The position numbers and the translations under genes were made by a program. Source: Bacilli bacterium (GTDB lineage Bacteria; Bacillota_I; Bacilli_A; RFN20; CAG-826). From it: DNA of 38,306 nt. The notes beneath the pieces are model-generated. The model had not been told where the DNA came from and made no database searches. It saw only the letters and a program-made list of their open reading frames with translations. The DNA lies in NCBI GenBank assembly GCA_036649855.1, contig JAVWAV010000006.1, forward strand, positions 1 through 38,306. The letters are read 5' to 3'. Shown one piece after another: positions 17,770 to 26,484 of this stretch (the stretch's first letter is position 1; each line of letters starts with the position of its first letter).

Positions 17770-18384
17770 AATGTAGAAATATTTGATTTATTAGCTAAAA
17801 AATTTGCTGAGAATGGGTTTGACCTATATATGGTAGGTGGAACTTCTCGAGATTTTTTACTCGCCCGCAAATTAGTTGATTTTGATTTTGCAACCAATGC
17901 AAAAACGTACGAAATTAGGAAATTTTTGCCTGATGCTAGTTATACATTTGAAAAATATGGAATTGTTCAATATACGCTTAATGGCCATAAATGCGACATT
18001 GCTACGTTTAGAACAGAAGAAAAATATGATGATGCAAGACATCCATCAGTTATTAAGTTTGTTAAATCAATAAATGAAGATTATAAAAGAAGAGATTTTA
18101 CGATTAACGCCATTTATATTGATAAAAATTACGAAACTATTGACCCAAGTAATGGATTATATGATCTTAAGGAAGAAATTATTAGAACGATTGGTATTCC
18201 TGAAGAAAGAATTAAAGAAGATCCATTACGTATAATTAGAGCATATAGATTCTCACTCATTCTTGATTTTAAACTTGAAGGTAGCTTAAAAAAAGCTATG
18301 ATAGATAACGTACACTTATTATCTAAAATTAAAAGGGAAAAAATCCTAGAAGAATTTAGAAAGATTGAGAAAGCTAATTCTTAA
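17767..18384 (+). CDS. cca: Class II tRNA nucleotidyltransferase (CCA-adding/poly(A) polymerase family), short 205-aa form
   Basis: VGGTSRD...DFDFAT, ATFRTE, EDYKRRDFTINA, EDPLRIIRAYRF; ends just after IKREKILEEFRKI. Confidence 0.85.
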   Translation: MNVEIFDLLAKKFAENGFDLYMVGGTSRDFLLARKLVDFDFATNAKTYEIRKFLPDASYTFEKYGIVQYTLNGHKCDIATFRTEEKYDDARHPSVIKFVKSINEDYKRRDFTINAIYIDKNYETIDPSNGLYDLKEEIIRTIGIPEERIKEDPLRIIRAYRFSLILDFKLEGSLKKAMIDNVHLLSKIKREKILEEFRKIEKANS

Positions 18385-18414
18385 TATGATAAAATATATC
18401 AGTGGGGAAATAAA

Positions 18415-19074
18415 ATGATACATGGATTTAAAGCGATAGATTTCAATTTCTTATTACTAGATTACTATAAAAAATTTAATATTACTGAAAGAGAATTAAC
18501 CATTATTTTAATGATTGATCATTTGCTTAATACTGATAATTCGCTTATTACTAACGAACTTCTTTCACTTAAAATGAACTATACCGTCGATGAAATCGAT
18601 GAAATTTTTGTTAGTTTAATGAAAAAAGGATTTGTTGAATATATTGAAGGTGAAAAAAACGAATTAAGAACTTCAATTGAACCACTAAAAAATCGTTTAT
18701 ATCATGAATTCGAAATTACGGTAATGGCAAAAGAAACCATTAATATTGATAATGAGTATCAAAAAAGAATATCTGAACTTTATCACGAATTCGAAAGTGC
18801 TTTTAATAGAACTCTTTGCCCTCTTGAGATTTCACGAATTGATGAATGGCTTCATGCAGGTTACGAAATGGAAAAAATAAAATACGCTTTAAAAGCAGCA
18901 ATTTTAAAAAATAAAAAGACAATCAAAGCTGTTGATTCAATTTTAATAAAAAATGCTCATATTAATGATGTAATTGAGGAAGGCTATTCATTAAGAGGCA
19001 AGAATCCTACCGAAGATGCTGAAACAAGAGAAAAAATAGAAATCCTTAAAACTAAACGGGATGATGAAAAATAA
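18415..19074 (+). CDS. dnaD: DNA replication protein DnaD
   Basis: N-terminal winged-helix-like region; DnaB_2 motif FESAFNRTLCPLEISRIDEW; dnaD-nth synteny. Confidence 0.85.
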   Translation: MIHGFKAIDFNFLLLDYYKKFNITERELTIILMIDHLLNTDNSLITNELLSLKMNYTVDEIDEIFVSLMKKGFVEYIEGEKNELRTSIEPLKNRLYHEFEITVMAKETINIDNEYQKRISELYHEFESAFNRTLCPLEISRIDEWLHAGYEMEKIKYALKAAILKNKKTIKAVDSILIKNAHINDVIEEGYSLRGKNPTEDAETREKIEILKTKRDDEK

Positions 19075-19687
19075 ATCTGAAATAATTATTACTTATTTTC
19101 ATAATCTTTATCCAAATAATAAAAGTTTTTTAAACTACAAAAAAGATTATGAGTTTTTACTTGCCGTTATGTTGTCCGCTCAAACAACTGATATTGCAGT
19201 AAATAAAGCTACAGATATTTTATTTGTGAAATATCCGACTATTGAAAAGCTCCATGAAGCCACTTTTGATGATATTTATAACATTATTAAAAATATTGGA
19301 ATTGCCAAAATAAAAACTAAAAATATCATAGGAATAATTGATCTTTTAATATCAAATTTTGATAAAAAAGTTCCATATAATAAATCAGATTTGATGACGC
19401 TACCAGGTGTTGGAAATAAAACTGCTAATGTGGTGAGAATGGAACTTTTCCACGAGCCAGAAATGCCAGTTGACACACATATTTTACGAGTAAGTAAACG
19501 TCTTGGAATCATTAATGAAAAAGAAAATGTAATTGATGCTGAACGTGAATTAAAAAAGATGTTCGAAGAAAAATATTACTATGATTTACACCATCAGTTT
19601 ATACTTTTTGGTCGTAATATATGCTCGGCAAGAAGTCCAAAATGCGATGAGTGTAAACTAAAAGATCTTTGTACTCACTCTAAATGA
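19061..19687 (+). CDS. nth: Endonuclease III
   Basis: LSAQTTD, HhH LPGVGNKTAN, VDTH, Fe-S loop CSARSPKCDECKLKDLC. Confidence 0.96.
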   Translation: MMKNKSEIIITYFHNLYPNNKSFLNYKKDYEFLLAVMLSAQTTDIAVNKATDILFVKYPTIEKLHEATFDDIYNIIKNIGIAKIKTKNIIGIIDLLISNFDKKVPYNKSDLMTLPGVGNKTANVVRMELFHEPEMPVDTHILRVSKRLGIINEKENVIDAERELKKMFEEKYYYDLHHQFILFGRNICSARSPKCDECKLKDLCTHSK

Positions 19688-20208
19688 AATTCTTTATCTA
19701 TGACTTTTAGATAATTTAAATATGGCTGAATTGCGAGTTCGATTTCATTACAATTTTTCACAAAAAAATTAAATGGAATTGATTTTTTTGTGTTATTTTT
19801 CAAATAAGACTGCAGAACCTCACTATTTAAGATAAAATATTTATTAAGAGTTGAGAACTCAATAATAAAAAATGAAATTGCTTTTTGTTCAATTAATCTA
19901 TTAAGATGATCAATTTGATGTGGTCTAATATTGTTCAAATTAAAAGATGTTTTAGAACTACTAGATTTAGCTTCAAATTCAATATACTTTTGCTTATAAA
20001 CGCCATTAAAATCAAGAGTAGATTCCTTTTCAAAGTAGGCTTTTGTGATAATTCCGTTTTTTACAGTCACAACATTGATTGGGGTGGGACGTTTTTCAAT
20101 ATATGCTATTTTATTTGCATTATAAAAGTTATTTGCATCATTTATTAATGCTTCTAATTCCATTCCTCTATTTCCGCAGCGTAAAAATGTGGTTTTATTT
20201 ATAATCAC
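19675..20208 (-). CDS. recU: Holliday junction resolvase RecU
   Basis: NRGMELE, KRPTPI, STLDFNGVY, EFEAK, HQIDHL; GTGA overlap with the upstream gene. Confidence 0.95.
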   Translation of the reverse strand: MIINKTTFLRCGNRGMELEALINDANNFYNANKIAYIEKRPTPINVVTVKNGIITKAYFEKESTLDFNGVYKQKYIEFEAKSSSSKTSFNLNNIRPHQIDHLNRLIEQKAISFFIIEFSTLNKYFILNSEVLQSYLKNNTKKSIPFNFFVKNCNEIELAIQPYLNYLKVIDKEFHLE

Positions 20209-20930
20209 TTAAATACTTCGTCGATATAAAAACTATAGTCAGCAGGTGTAACACTTTCTCCCTTTTCAAGCATATTTACTACCATCTGTATAGGATATGC
20301 AAGGTTATCGTGACTTATTGATTTACGATATTCACTTTTCAAATTGTTTTTGTTTTTTAAAAAGCATTCATAAAGTGTCAATAGATTGCGTGAGTCACAA
20401 AGTGGATCGTGTACATTCTTAAGTGGGGTGCCACCAAGAATATTTATTGCTTCTAGTAAAGAATATGTGTTACTTTTTCCATTTCTTAAGAATCTTGAAA
20501 GGAATTTACTAAAATCGAGGTAATTTTTTGATAAAGTAATCAAAAAATCTTTATTTTTATCTTCGTATAATGCGTCGGTTTTATGAAGCATCACTTTATC
20601 GTAATTACCATAAGCTACATAGATATAATCTTCGGGTTTATTACCAACAAATTTTTTAAAATGCTTCATAGCATCTAAATAAGGTACTCCATCACGAGCA
20701 AGATCTTGATCAGTAATGTGGACTAGGCGTGAAACAATTGGTCCAACTCTTCCAATAGATTTAACAAGCATTTTAAATGTCTTTTTTTCTATATTTTTAA
20801 CATTAAATTTTGCATCTAAACTTACTTTTATAGCACCAATTGCTATTATTTCAGAGGTATTTTGTGTTCCTTCAAGATCGAAGAAAATTGCCTTTCTTTT
20901 ACACTTTAATTCTTTTTCTAATAATTTCAT
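20205..20930 (-). CDS. DEDDh 3'-5' exonuclease family protein (KapD/ERI-like)
   Basis: FFDLEGT, EIIAIGA, YGNYD, HDPLCDS (ExoI-III motifs). Confidence 0.85.
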   Translation of the reverse strand: MKLLEKELKCKRKAIFFDLEGTQNTSEIIAIGAIKVSLDAKFNVKNIEKKTFKMLVKSIGRVGPIVSRLVHITDQDLARDGVPYLDAMKHFKKFVGNKPEDYIYVAYGNYDKVMLHKTDALYEDKNKDFLITLSKNYLDFSKFLSRFLRNGKSNTYSLLEAINILGGTPLKNVHDPLCDSRNLLTLYECFLKNKNNLKSEYRKSISHDNLAYPIQMVVNMLEKGESVTPADYSFYIDEVFK

Positions 20931-21007
20931 ATGTTAATTATATCACTTATGTTTTAGTATTTTAATTCATTGTTATTAAATTACATTTTTAATATAATAT
21001 AGACATG
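20928..21007. promoter_or_regulatory. Divergent promoter pair; each -10 lies 6 nt from its ATG
   Basis: Minus strand: TG-a-TATAAT (20945-20937), 6 nt, ATG 20930. Plus strand: TTGTTA (20970-20975), 17 nt, TATAAT (20993-20998), 6 nt, ATG 21005. No SD on either side. Confidence 0.6.
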
Positions 21008-21382
21008 GCAAAAGATAAGTATACTTTTAAAAAAGAGTTGAGTAATGACATTTTAAACAAAAAGTTTTCAGCAGAAAAAGATGGATATAGTCCAATTGAA
21101 GTTGATGAATTTCTTGATGTTATTATTACGGCAGTTTCTCAAAACGAAACAACGTATTTTGCTCTTTTAAACGAAAAAGAATCTTATCTTAAATCAATAG
21201 AATCATTAAAAAAAGAATTAGAAGAAGTTAAATTTAATTTTGGATTATTTAAACAAAAATTTAAATACATCAAAGAAAATGATATTATTAATAATGCTGC
21301 TTCTGTTGATCTAATCAGAAGAGTAAATCAGTTAGAAGAATTTATATCATCTAAAGGATTTGATCCTAATAAAATTAGTTAA
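21005..21382 (+). CDS. gpsB: GpsB/DivIVA-domain protein
   Basis: ILNKKF...GYSPIEVDEFLD, a coiled coil, C-terminal DLIRRVNQLE; gpsB-rnpB synteny as in Bacilli. Confidence 0.82.
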   Translation: MAKDKYTFKKELSNDILNKKFSAEKDGYSPIEVDEFLDVIITAVSQNETTYFALLNEKESYLKSIESLKKELEEVKFNFGLFKQKFKYIKENDIINNAASVDLIRRVNQLEEFISSKGFDPNKIS

Positions 21383-21383
21383 A

Positions 21384-21722
21384 TCCCAATCCGGACAATT
21401 GCTAGCTTTTTGCTAGAGGAAAGTCCATGCTCGCACCATCTGTGATGATGGTAGTGTTTGTGCTAGCTGAAACAATAAAGCTAGGTACGCAGGAGTGCGT
21501 AACGGACAGGCTCTGATCTAAAACTTCGGTCATGATTAACCTGGTAAAGTGCCAAAGAGACGAGCTTATTAGAAATAATAAGTATGGAACGTGGTAAGCC
21601 CCGCAAGCGAGAAACCCAAATTTGGTAGGGGAAACTGTGCGAAATAAACGAATTTCAAACGGTATGCAGCAATGCATAGATAAATAATTGTCCTAGACAA
21701 AACATGGCTTACAGGATTGGGT
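21384..21722 (+). ncRNA. rnpB: RNase P RNA, bacterial type B
   Basis: GAGGAAAGTCCATGCTCGCAC, AAAGTGCCA, GGAACGTGGTAAGCCCC, 3' ACAAAACATGGCTTAC; P1 formed by CCCAATCC (21385-21392) and GGATTGGG (21714-21721). Confidence 0.95.
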
Positions 21723-21751
21723 ACTCACTTTTAAAAAACAAGGAGAATTTT

Positions 21752-22399
21752 ATGAATTTACCTACAAAGATTACTTTTTCAAGAATATTTATTGTTTTTG
21801 CAATGTTTATTTCTTTATTTATTTTAAGTTTCTTTAATTTAGAACCAATTTATTTATTTGGTCCAACTGGTGCAGAGGTCAATTTAGTTAATTTAATTGT
21901 ATGTATAGTCTTTATAATTGCTGCTTCAACCGACTGGCTCGATGGTTATCTCGCCCGTAAAAATAATCAAGTTACAGATTTAGGTAAATTTCTTGATCCA
22001 GTGGCTGATAAAATGTTAGTAAATGCCACACTTATTTTTATGATTTTACCTACAACATATGCTGGAACACAAATGCCTTTATCTTTATATATAGTAATAG
22101 TTTTTATCGTAAGAGATTTAATTGTTGATTCAATGAGATTTGTAGCTGCAAAGAAAAATATTGTCGTTGCTGCTAATATCTTTGGAAAACTTAAAACAGT
22201 TGCTCAAATGGTAGCAATTCCAATATTTTTATTAAATGGATTTCCATTTTCATATTTTGATGCAAGTTGGATGGCTGGTTTACATATTGCAGATTGGTTA
22301 ATGTATATTGCATTATTCTTTAGTGTTTTATCTGGAGTTATTTATATTTATCAAAACCGTAAGGTATTTATAGAAGACAAACATGACGCAACTAAATAG
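21752..22399 (+). CDS. pgsA: CDP-diacylglycerol--glycerol-3-phosphate 3-phosphatidyltransferase
   Basis: MNLPTKITFSRI, TDWLDGYLARK...LGKFLDPVADK, GKLKTVAQM; SD AAGGAG. Confidence 0.96.
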   Translation: MNLPTKITFSRIFIVFAMFISLFILSFFNLEPIYLFGPTGAEVNLVNLIVCIVFIIAASTDWLDGYLARKNNQVTDLGKFLDPVADKMLVNATLIFMILPTTYAGTQMPLSLYIVIVFIVRDLIVDSMRFVAAKKNIVVAANIFGKLKTVAQMVAIPIFLLNGFPFSYFDASWMAGLHIADWLMYIALFFSVLSGVIYIYQNRKVFIEDKHDATK

Positions 22400-22862
22400 T
22401 GAACTAACAAAGTTTTTAACATTAGTTAGTAAAGATAATTTAACATTTGGCTCAATTGAATCCTTTACTGGTGGTCTTTTTGCTTCTACAATTACTAGCA
22501 GAGCTGGTGTAAGTAAATATTATAAAGGAAGTATTGTCTCGTATAGCGAAAGTATTAAAGAGAAAATAGTAGGAGTTTCTTCTTCAACAATTGGAAAATT
22601 TACGGTTGTTTCTCAAGAAGTAGCTGATGAAATGGCAAAAGAAGGTGCTAAGACTCTTAATGTTGATCTTTGCTTTTCTTTTACAGGAAATGCTGGACCT
22701 GGAGTTTGTCCTGGAGATAAATCGGTTGGATTGTTTTATATTTCAATCTTTTTTCAAAACAAAATTTATTCTTTTAAGTTTAAATCTAATGGGAAACGTA
22801 ATTATATTAGAAAAAAAGCCGTAAATTACGCATTAATAAAAATAAATGAAATTTTATCATAA
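22383..22862 (+). CDS. cinA: CinA C-terminal domain protein (PncC-like NMN deamidase)
   Basis: [34 protein letters not shown]; pgsA-cinA-recA synteny; lacks the N-terminal MoCF domain. Confidence 0.85.
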   Translation: MTQLNSELTKFLTLVSKDNLTFGSIESFTGGLFASTITSRAGVSKYYKGSIVSYSESIKEKIVGVSSSTIGKFTVVSQEVADEMAKEGAKTLNVDLCFSFTGNAGPGVCPGDKSVGLFYISIFFQNKIYSFKFKSNGKRNYIRKKAVNYALIKINEILS

Positions 22863-22903
22863 AAATAAAAATAGGTCCCTACTTAATGAGTAGAGGTGAA
22901 AAT

Positions 22904-23887
22904 ATGGAAGATATAGAAAAACAAATTGAAGCGACGTTAAAAGAGATTGAGAAACTTTATGGAAAAGGAAGTGTCATGAAATTAGGCGATAGACCTAATA
23001 CTGACATTGATGTAATTCCTACAGGTTCTATTTTGCTTGACGAATGTTTAGGAGTGGGAGGCTACCCAAAGGGAAGAATTATTGAAATTTTTGGACCTGA
23101 AAGTAGTGGAAAGACAACATTAAGTTTACATGCTATTGCAGAATGTCAAAAGAAAGGTGGCCGTTGTGCATTTATTGATGCTGAACACGCTATCGATCCT
23201 GAATACGCAAAACATTTAGGAGTAGATATTAATGAATTAATTCTTTCTCAGCCAGATAATGGCGAGCAAGCATTAGACATTGTGGAAATGCTTGCAAAAA
23301 GTGGTGTTTTTGATTTAATTGTCATTGATAGCGTTGCTGCCCTTGTTCCAAAGGCTGAATTAGAAGGCGAAATGATTGAAAATCAAATAGGATTACACGC
23401 TAGATTGATGTCAAAAGCATTACGTAAAATTGCTGGTACATTATCAAAAGCTGAATGCACTGTTATTTTTATTAACCAATTAAGAGAAAAAGTTGGTGTA
23501 ATTTATGGCAACCCAGAAGTTACAACTGGTGGAAGAGCATTAAAATTCTATTCATCAATTAGACTTGATATAAGACGTAATGAAGCAATTAAAAATGGAG
23601 CCGAAATTGCTGGAAATAGTGTAACTGTTAAAGTAGTTAAAAATAAAGTTGCACCACCATTTAAATCATGTAAATTTGATATTATTTATGGAGAAGGAAT
23701 TTCAAAAGAAGGCGAACTTCTTGATCTTGCCAGCGAACTTGGAATCGTTAAAAAATCTGGTTCTTGGTACGAATATAAAGAGACTAAAATAGGTCAGGGC
23801 CGTGAAACTGCTAAATTATTCTTAAAATCTCATCCTGAGATTTTTGAAGATATAAAATCTCAAATAAAAACCGGTGAAATAAGGTAA
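22904..23887 (+). CDS. recA: Recombinase RecA
   Basis: [40 protein letters not shown]. Confidence 0.99.
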   Translation: MEDIEKQIEATLKEIEKLYGKGSVMKLGDRPNTDIDVIPTGSILLDECLGVGGYPKGRIIEIFGPESSGKTTLSLHAIAECQKKGGRCAFIDAEHAIDPEYAKHLGVDINELILSQPDNGEQALDIVEMLAKSGVFDLIVIDSVAALVPKAELEGEMIENQIGLHARLMSKALRKIAGTLSKAECTVIFINQLREKVGVIYGNPEVTTGGRALKFYSSIRLDIRRNEAIKNGAEIAGNSVTVKVVKNKVAPPFKSCKFDIIYGEGISKEGELLDLASELGIVKKSGSWYEYKETKIGQGRETAKLFLKSHPEIFEDIKSQIKTGEIR

Positions 23888-23901
23888 TATACTACCTTTA
23901 T

Positions 23902-23923
23902 ATCAGTGCGGAAACGCACTGAT
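23902..23923 (+). other. GNRA-capped hairpin after recA, part of a larger predicted structure (23863-23940)
   Basis: ATCAGTGCG-gaaa-CGCACTGAT perfect 9-bp stem. Confidence 0.7.
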
Positions 23924-24132
23924 TATTGCCGGTTTTTATTCTTTAAAAAATAAATATTTGTTCTTTGTGATATATTCCTTTTTTGTTATACTATTAATGT
24001 ATCCGTTGATACAATATATTCCACATTAATTAATTTCAATTTTTATATATAAATAAATAATTTTTGTTAGTATAAATTGTTTTTATTCTTTCTGGGATAA
24101 TTGGTTTTAAATGCAACGAAAAAGGAGAATAT

Positions 24133-25686
24133 ATGGATCCAATTTTAGCTGGAGCTATCGGCGCCATCATTGGTATGGCCGCTGGAGCAGGAGTTTTTGC
24201 TCTAATAGATTATTTAAGAACTAAAAAAGACGATAAAAACATTAAAGACAGAATTGATAAGGCCCAAACAAAAGCAAACATGATTGTTAAAAATGCTGAG
24301 ATTGATGGCAAACAACTTATTAATGAGTTAAAAATGCAAGCTGACAATGACATCAAGTTAAGAAAAGTAGAAATTACAGATCTTAATAACAAACTTGCTC
24401 AAAGAGAAGACAATTTAGATAAAAGAGATCTTGCTCTTCTTAACAAAGAGACAATGATGGAAGAAAAAAATGAAAATCTAAACCGTCAATTAGCTGAAAA
24501 TCAAAAACGCGGTGCAGTTTTACAAGAAAAGATTGATTCTATTCTTGAAGAATTACAAAAAGTTGCTCATTTAAGCATCAAAGAAGCACACGATGAGATT
24601 ATGGCAAGAGTCGAAAGTAAGATGGATCGTGAAATTTCTCAGTACATGAAAAGTCGCGATGAAGAAGCAATGGAAGAAGCCGATCTTAAAGCTTCTGATT
24701 TAATTGCTTTAGCTATTACTCGTCATGCCCAAGAAATCGTTATTGATAAAACAACATCAACCATTTCTTTACCAAGTGATGAAATGAAAGGACGTATTAT
24801 TGGCCGTGAAGGCAGAAATATTAAATCTCTTGAACAATTGTTAGGAGTTGATATTTTAATTGATGATACTCCAGAAGCAATTACTATTTCTTGCTTTAAT
24901 CCAGTAAGAAGAGAAATTGCCAAGAGAACACTTGAAATATTAATTGCTGATGGCAGAATTCAACCAGGCAGAATTGAGGAAATTGTTGAAAAAGTTAAGA
25001 CTGAAATCAATCAATCAATCATATCTTCTGGTCAAGATGCTTTATTTAAGTTAGGTTTACCAAAGATGCCTAGAGAAGAAGTTGAATTATTAGGTACTTT
25101 AAAATATCGTACTTCATATGGTCAAAATGCTCTTGAACACTCAATGGAAGTTGCTCAATTAGCTGGAGTTATGGCTGCTGAATTAGGTTTAAATGAAGCA
25201 TTAGCAAAACGTGCTGGTTTACTTCATGATATTGGTAAAGCTATGGACTTTGAAGTTGAAGGAACTCACGTTGAAATCGGTGCAAGAATTGCTAAGAAAT
25301 TTAATGAAAATGAAGTTATTATTAATTCAATCGAATCACATCATGGAGATGTTCCACAAAAATCAATTATTTCTATTCTCGTTCAAGCTGCAGATACATT
25401 AAGCGCTGCACGCCCAGGAGCAAGACGTGAAACAGTTGAAAAATATATTAAGAGAATTGAACAATTAGAAAATATTACCAAATCATTTGATGGTGTATTC
25501 CAATCATATGCTATCCAATCTGGTCGCGAAATTAGAGTTATGGTACTTCCTGATAAAATTGATGATGTTGCAGCTTATAAAATGGCACGTGATATAAAAG
25601 AAAAAATTGAAACAGAAATGAACTATCCAGGACAAATTAAAGTCTCAGTTATTCGTGAATATAGAGCTGTCGAAACGGCAAAATAA
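24133..25686 (+). CDS. rny: Ribonuclease Y
   Basis: N-terminal TM, coiled coil, KH domain (KGRIIGREGRNI), HD domain (RTSYGQN, LLHDIGK, ADTLSAARPGAR). Confidence 0.98.
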   Translation: MDPILAGAIGAIIGMAAGAGVFALIDYLRTKKDDKNIKDRIDKAQTKANMIVKNAEIDGKQLINELKMQADNDIKLRKVEITDLNNKLAQREDNLDKRDLALLNKETMMEEKNENLNRQLAENQKRGAVLQEKIDSILEELQKVAHLSIKEAHDEIMARVESKMDREISQYMKSRDEEAMEEADLKASDLIALAITRHAQEIVIDKTTSTISLPSDEMKGRIIGREGRNIKSLEQLLGVDILIDDTPEAITISCFNPVRREIAKRTLEILIADGRIQPGRIEEIVEKVKTEINQSIISSGQDALFKLGLPKMPREEVELLGTLKYRTSYGQNALEHSMEVAQLAGVMAAELGLNEALAKRAGLLHDIGKAMDFEVEGTHVEIGARIAKKFNENEVIINSIESHHGDVPQKSIISILVQAADTLSAARPGARRETVEKYIKRIEQLENITKSFDGVFQSYAIQSGREIRVMVLPDKIDDVAAYKMARDIKEKIETEMNYPGQIKVSVIREYRAVETAK

Positions 25687-25689
25687 ACG

Positions 25690-26484
25690 ATGAGAATAAT
25701 TTTTATTGGGGACATTGTTGGCAAAATTGGCAGGAAAGCAGTATATGATGTTTTACCTGTTTTAAAAAACAAATATGCGGCAGATCTTGTTATAGCAAAT
25801 GGCGAGAATGCAACACATGGAAAAGGTTTAAGCAAAAAACATTATGAATATTTGCTTTCACTTGGAATTGATGTAATTACACTTGGAAATCATTATGATA
25901 CTCAAAAAGAAATGGAGCAATACATTGATAGTGCTCCTAAACTTGTTAGACCATACAATCTAGCGATTGCTTTTCCTGGTGCTGGAACAAAAGTTTTTAA
26001 TGTTAATGGCACTCCAGTTAGAGTTACTAACATTATTGGAAATGCTTTTATTAATATGGAGTTAAAACCAGCTTATGAATCAATTAATGAAATAGTGAAT
26101 AATTCGAAAGAACAAATTCACATTATTGATTTTCATGGTGAAACAACTGGTGAAAAACAAGCTATTAGCTATGCATTTGATGGCAAAGTATCTGCTATTT
26201 TAGGTACCCATACTCACGTTCAAACTAATGATGAAAAAATCCTTCCTGGCGGAACGGGTTTTATTGCTGATGTTGGAATGTGTGGAGCTGAATTAGGTGT
26301 TTTAGGTTTTGAAAAAAATAGTGTTATCAATAAAACCCTCCTTGGATCTGCCCAAAAATTTAAATTAGATGAAACAGGTGATTATATTTTTAACGCTGTA
26401 TTTTTAGAAATCAATAATAAAGATGGTAAGACAAAAAAGATAGAGAAGATAAGGATTGAAACACATGGGAAGAACGCAAATTAA
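25690..26484 (+). CDS. ymdB: YmdB-family metallophosphoesterase
   Basis: GDIVG, NGEN, TLGNH, DFHGETTGEK, GTHTHVQT, DVGMCG; follows rny. Confidence 0.95.
   Translation: MRIIFIGDIVGKIGRKAVYDVLPVLKNKYAADLVIANGENATHGKGLSKKHYEYLLSLGIDVITLGNHYDTQKEMEQYIDSAPKLVRPYNLAIAFPGAGTKVFNVNGTPVRVTNIIGNAFINMELKPAYESINEIVNNSKEQIHIIDFHGETTGEKQAISYAFDGKVSAILGTHTHVQTNDEKILPGGTGFIADVGMCGAELGVLGFEKNSVINKTLLGSAQKFKLDETGDYIFNAVFLEINNKDGKTKKIEKIRIETHGKNAN

Noticed and set aside
21402-21677. 91-aa minus-strand ORF, and the 16-codon N-terminal extension of pgsA from 21704
   Set aside because: Both overlap the RNase P RNA. pgsA has a good SD before ATG 21752.
22863-22903. LexA/SOS box upstream of recA
   Set aside because: No GAAC-N4-GTTC match. 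Only a weak CTACT/AGTAG hairpin is present.
23870-23932. Active hammerhead ribozyme after recA
   Set aside because: The core would be CUGAUUA rather than CUGAnGA, and its CUGA is paired in a stem. Kept only as a generic structured element.
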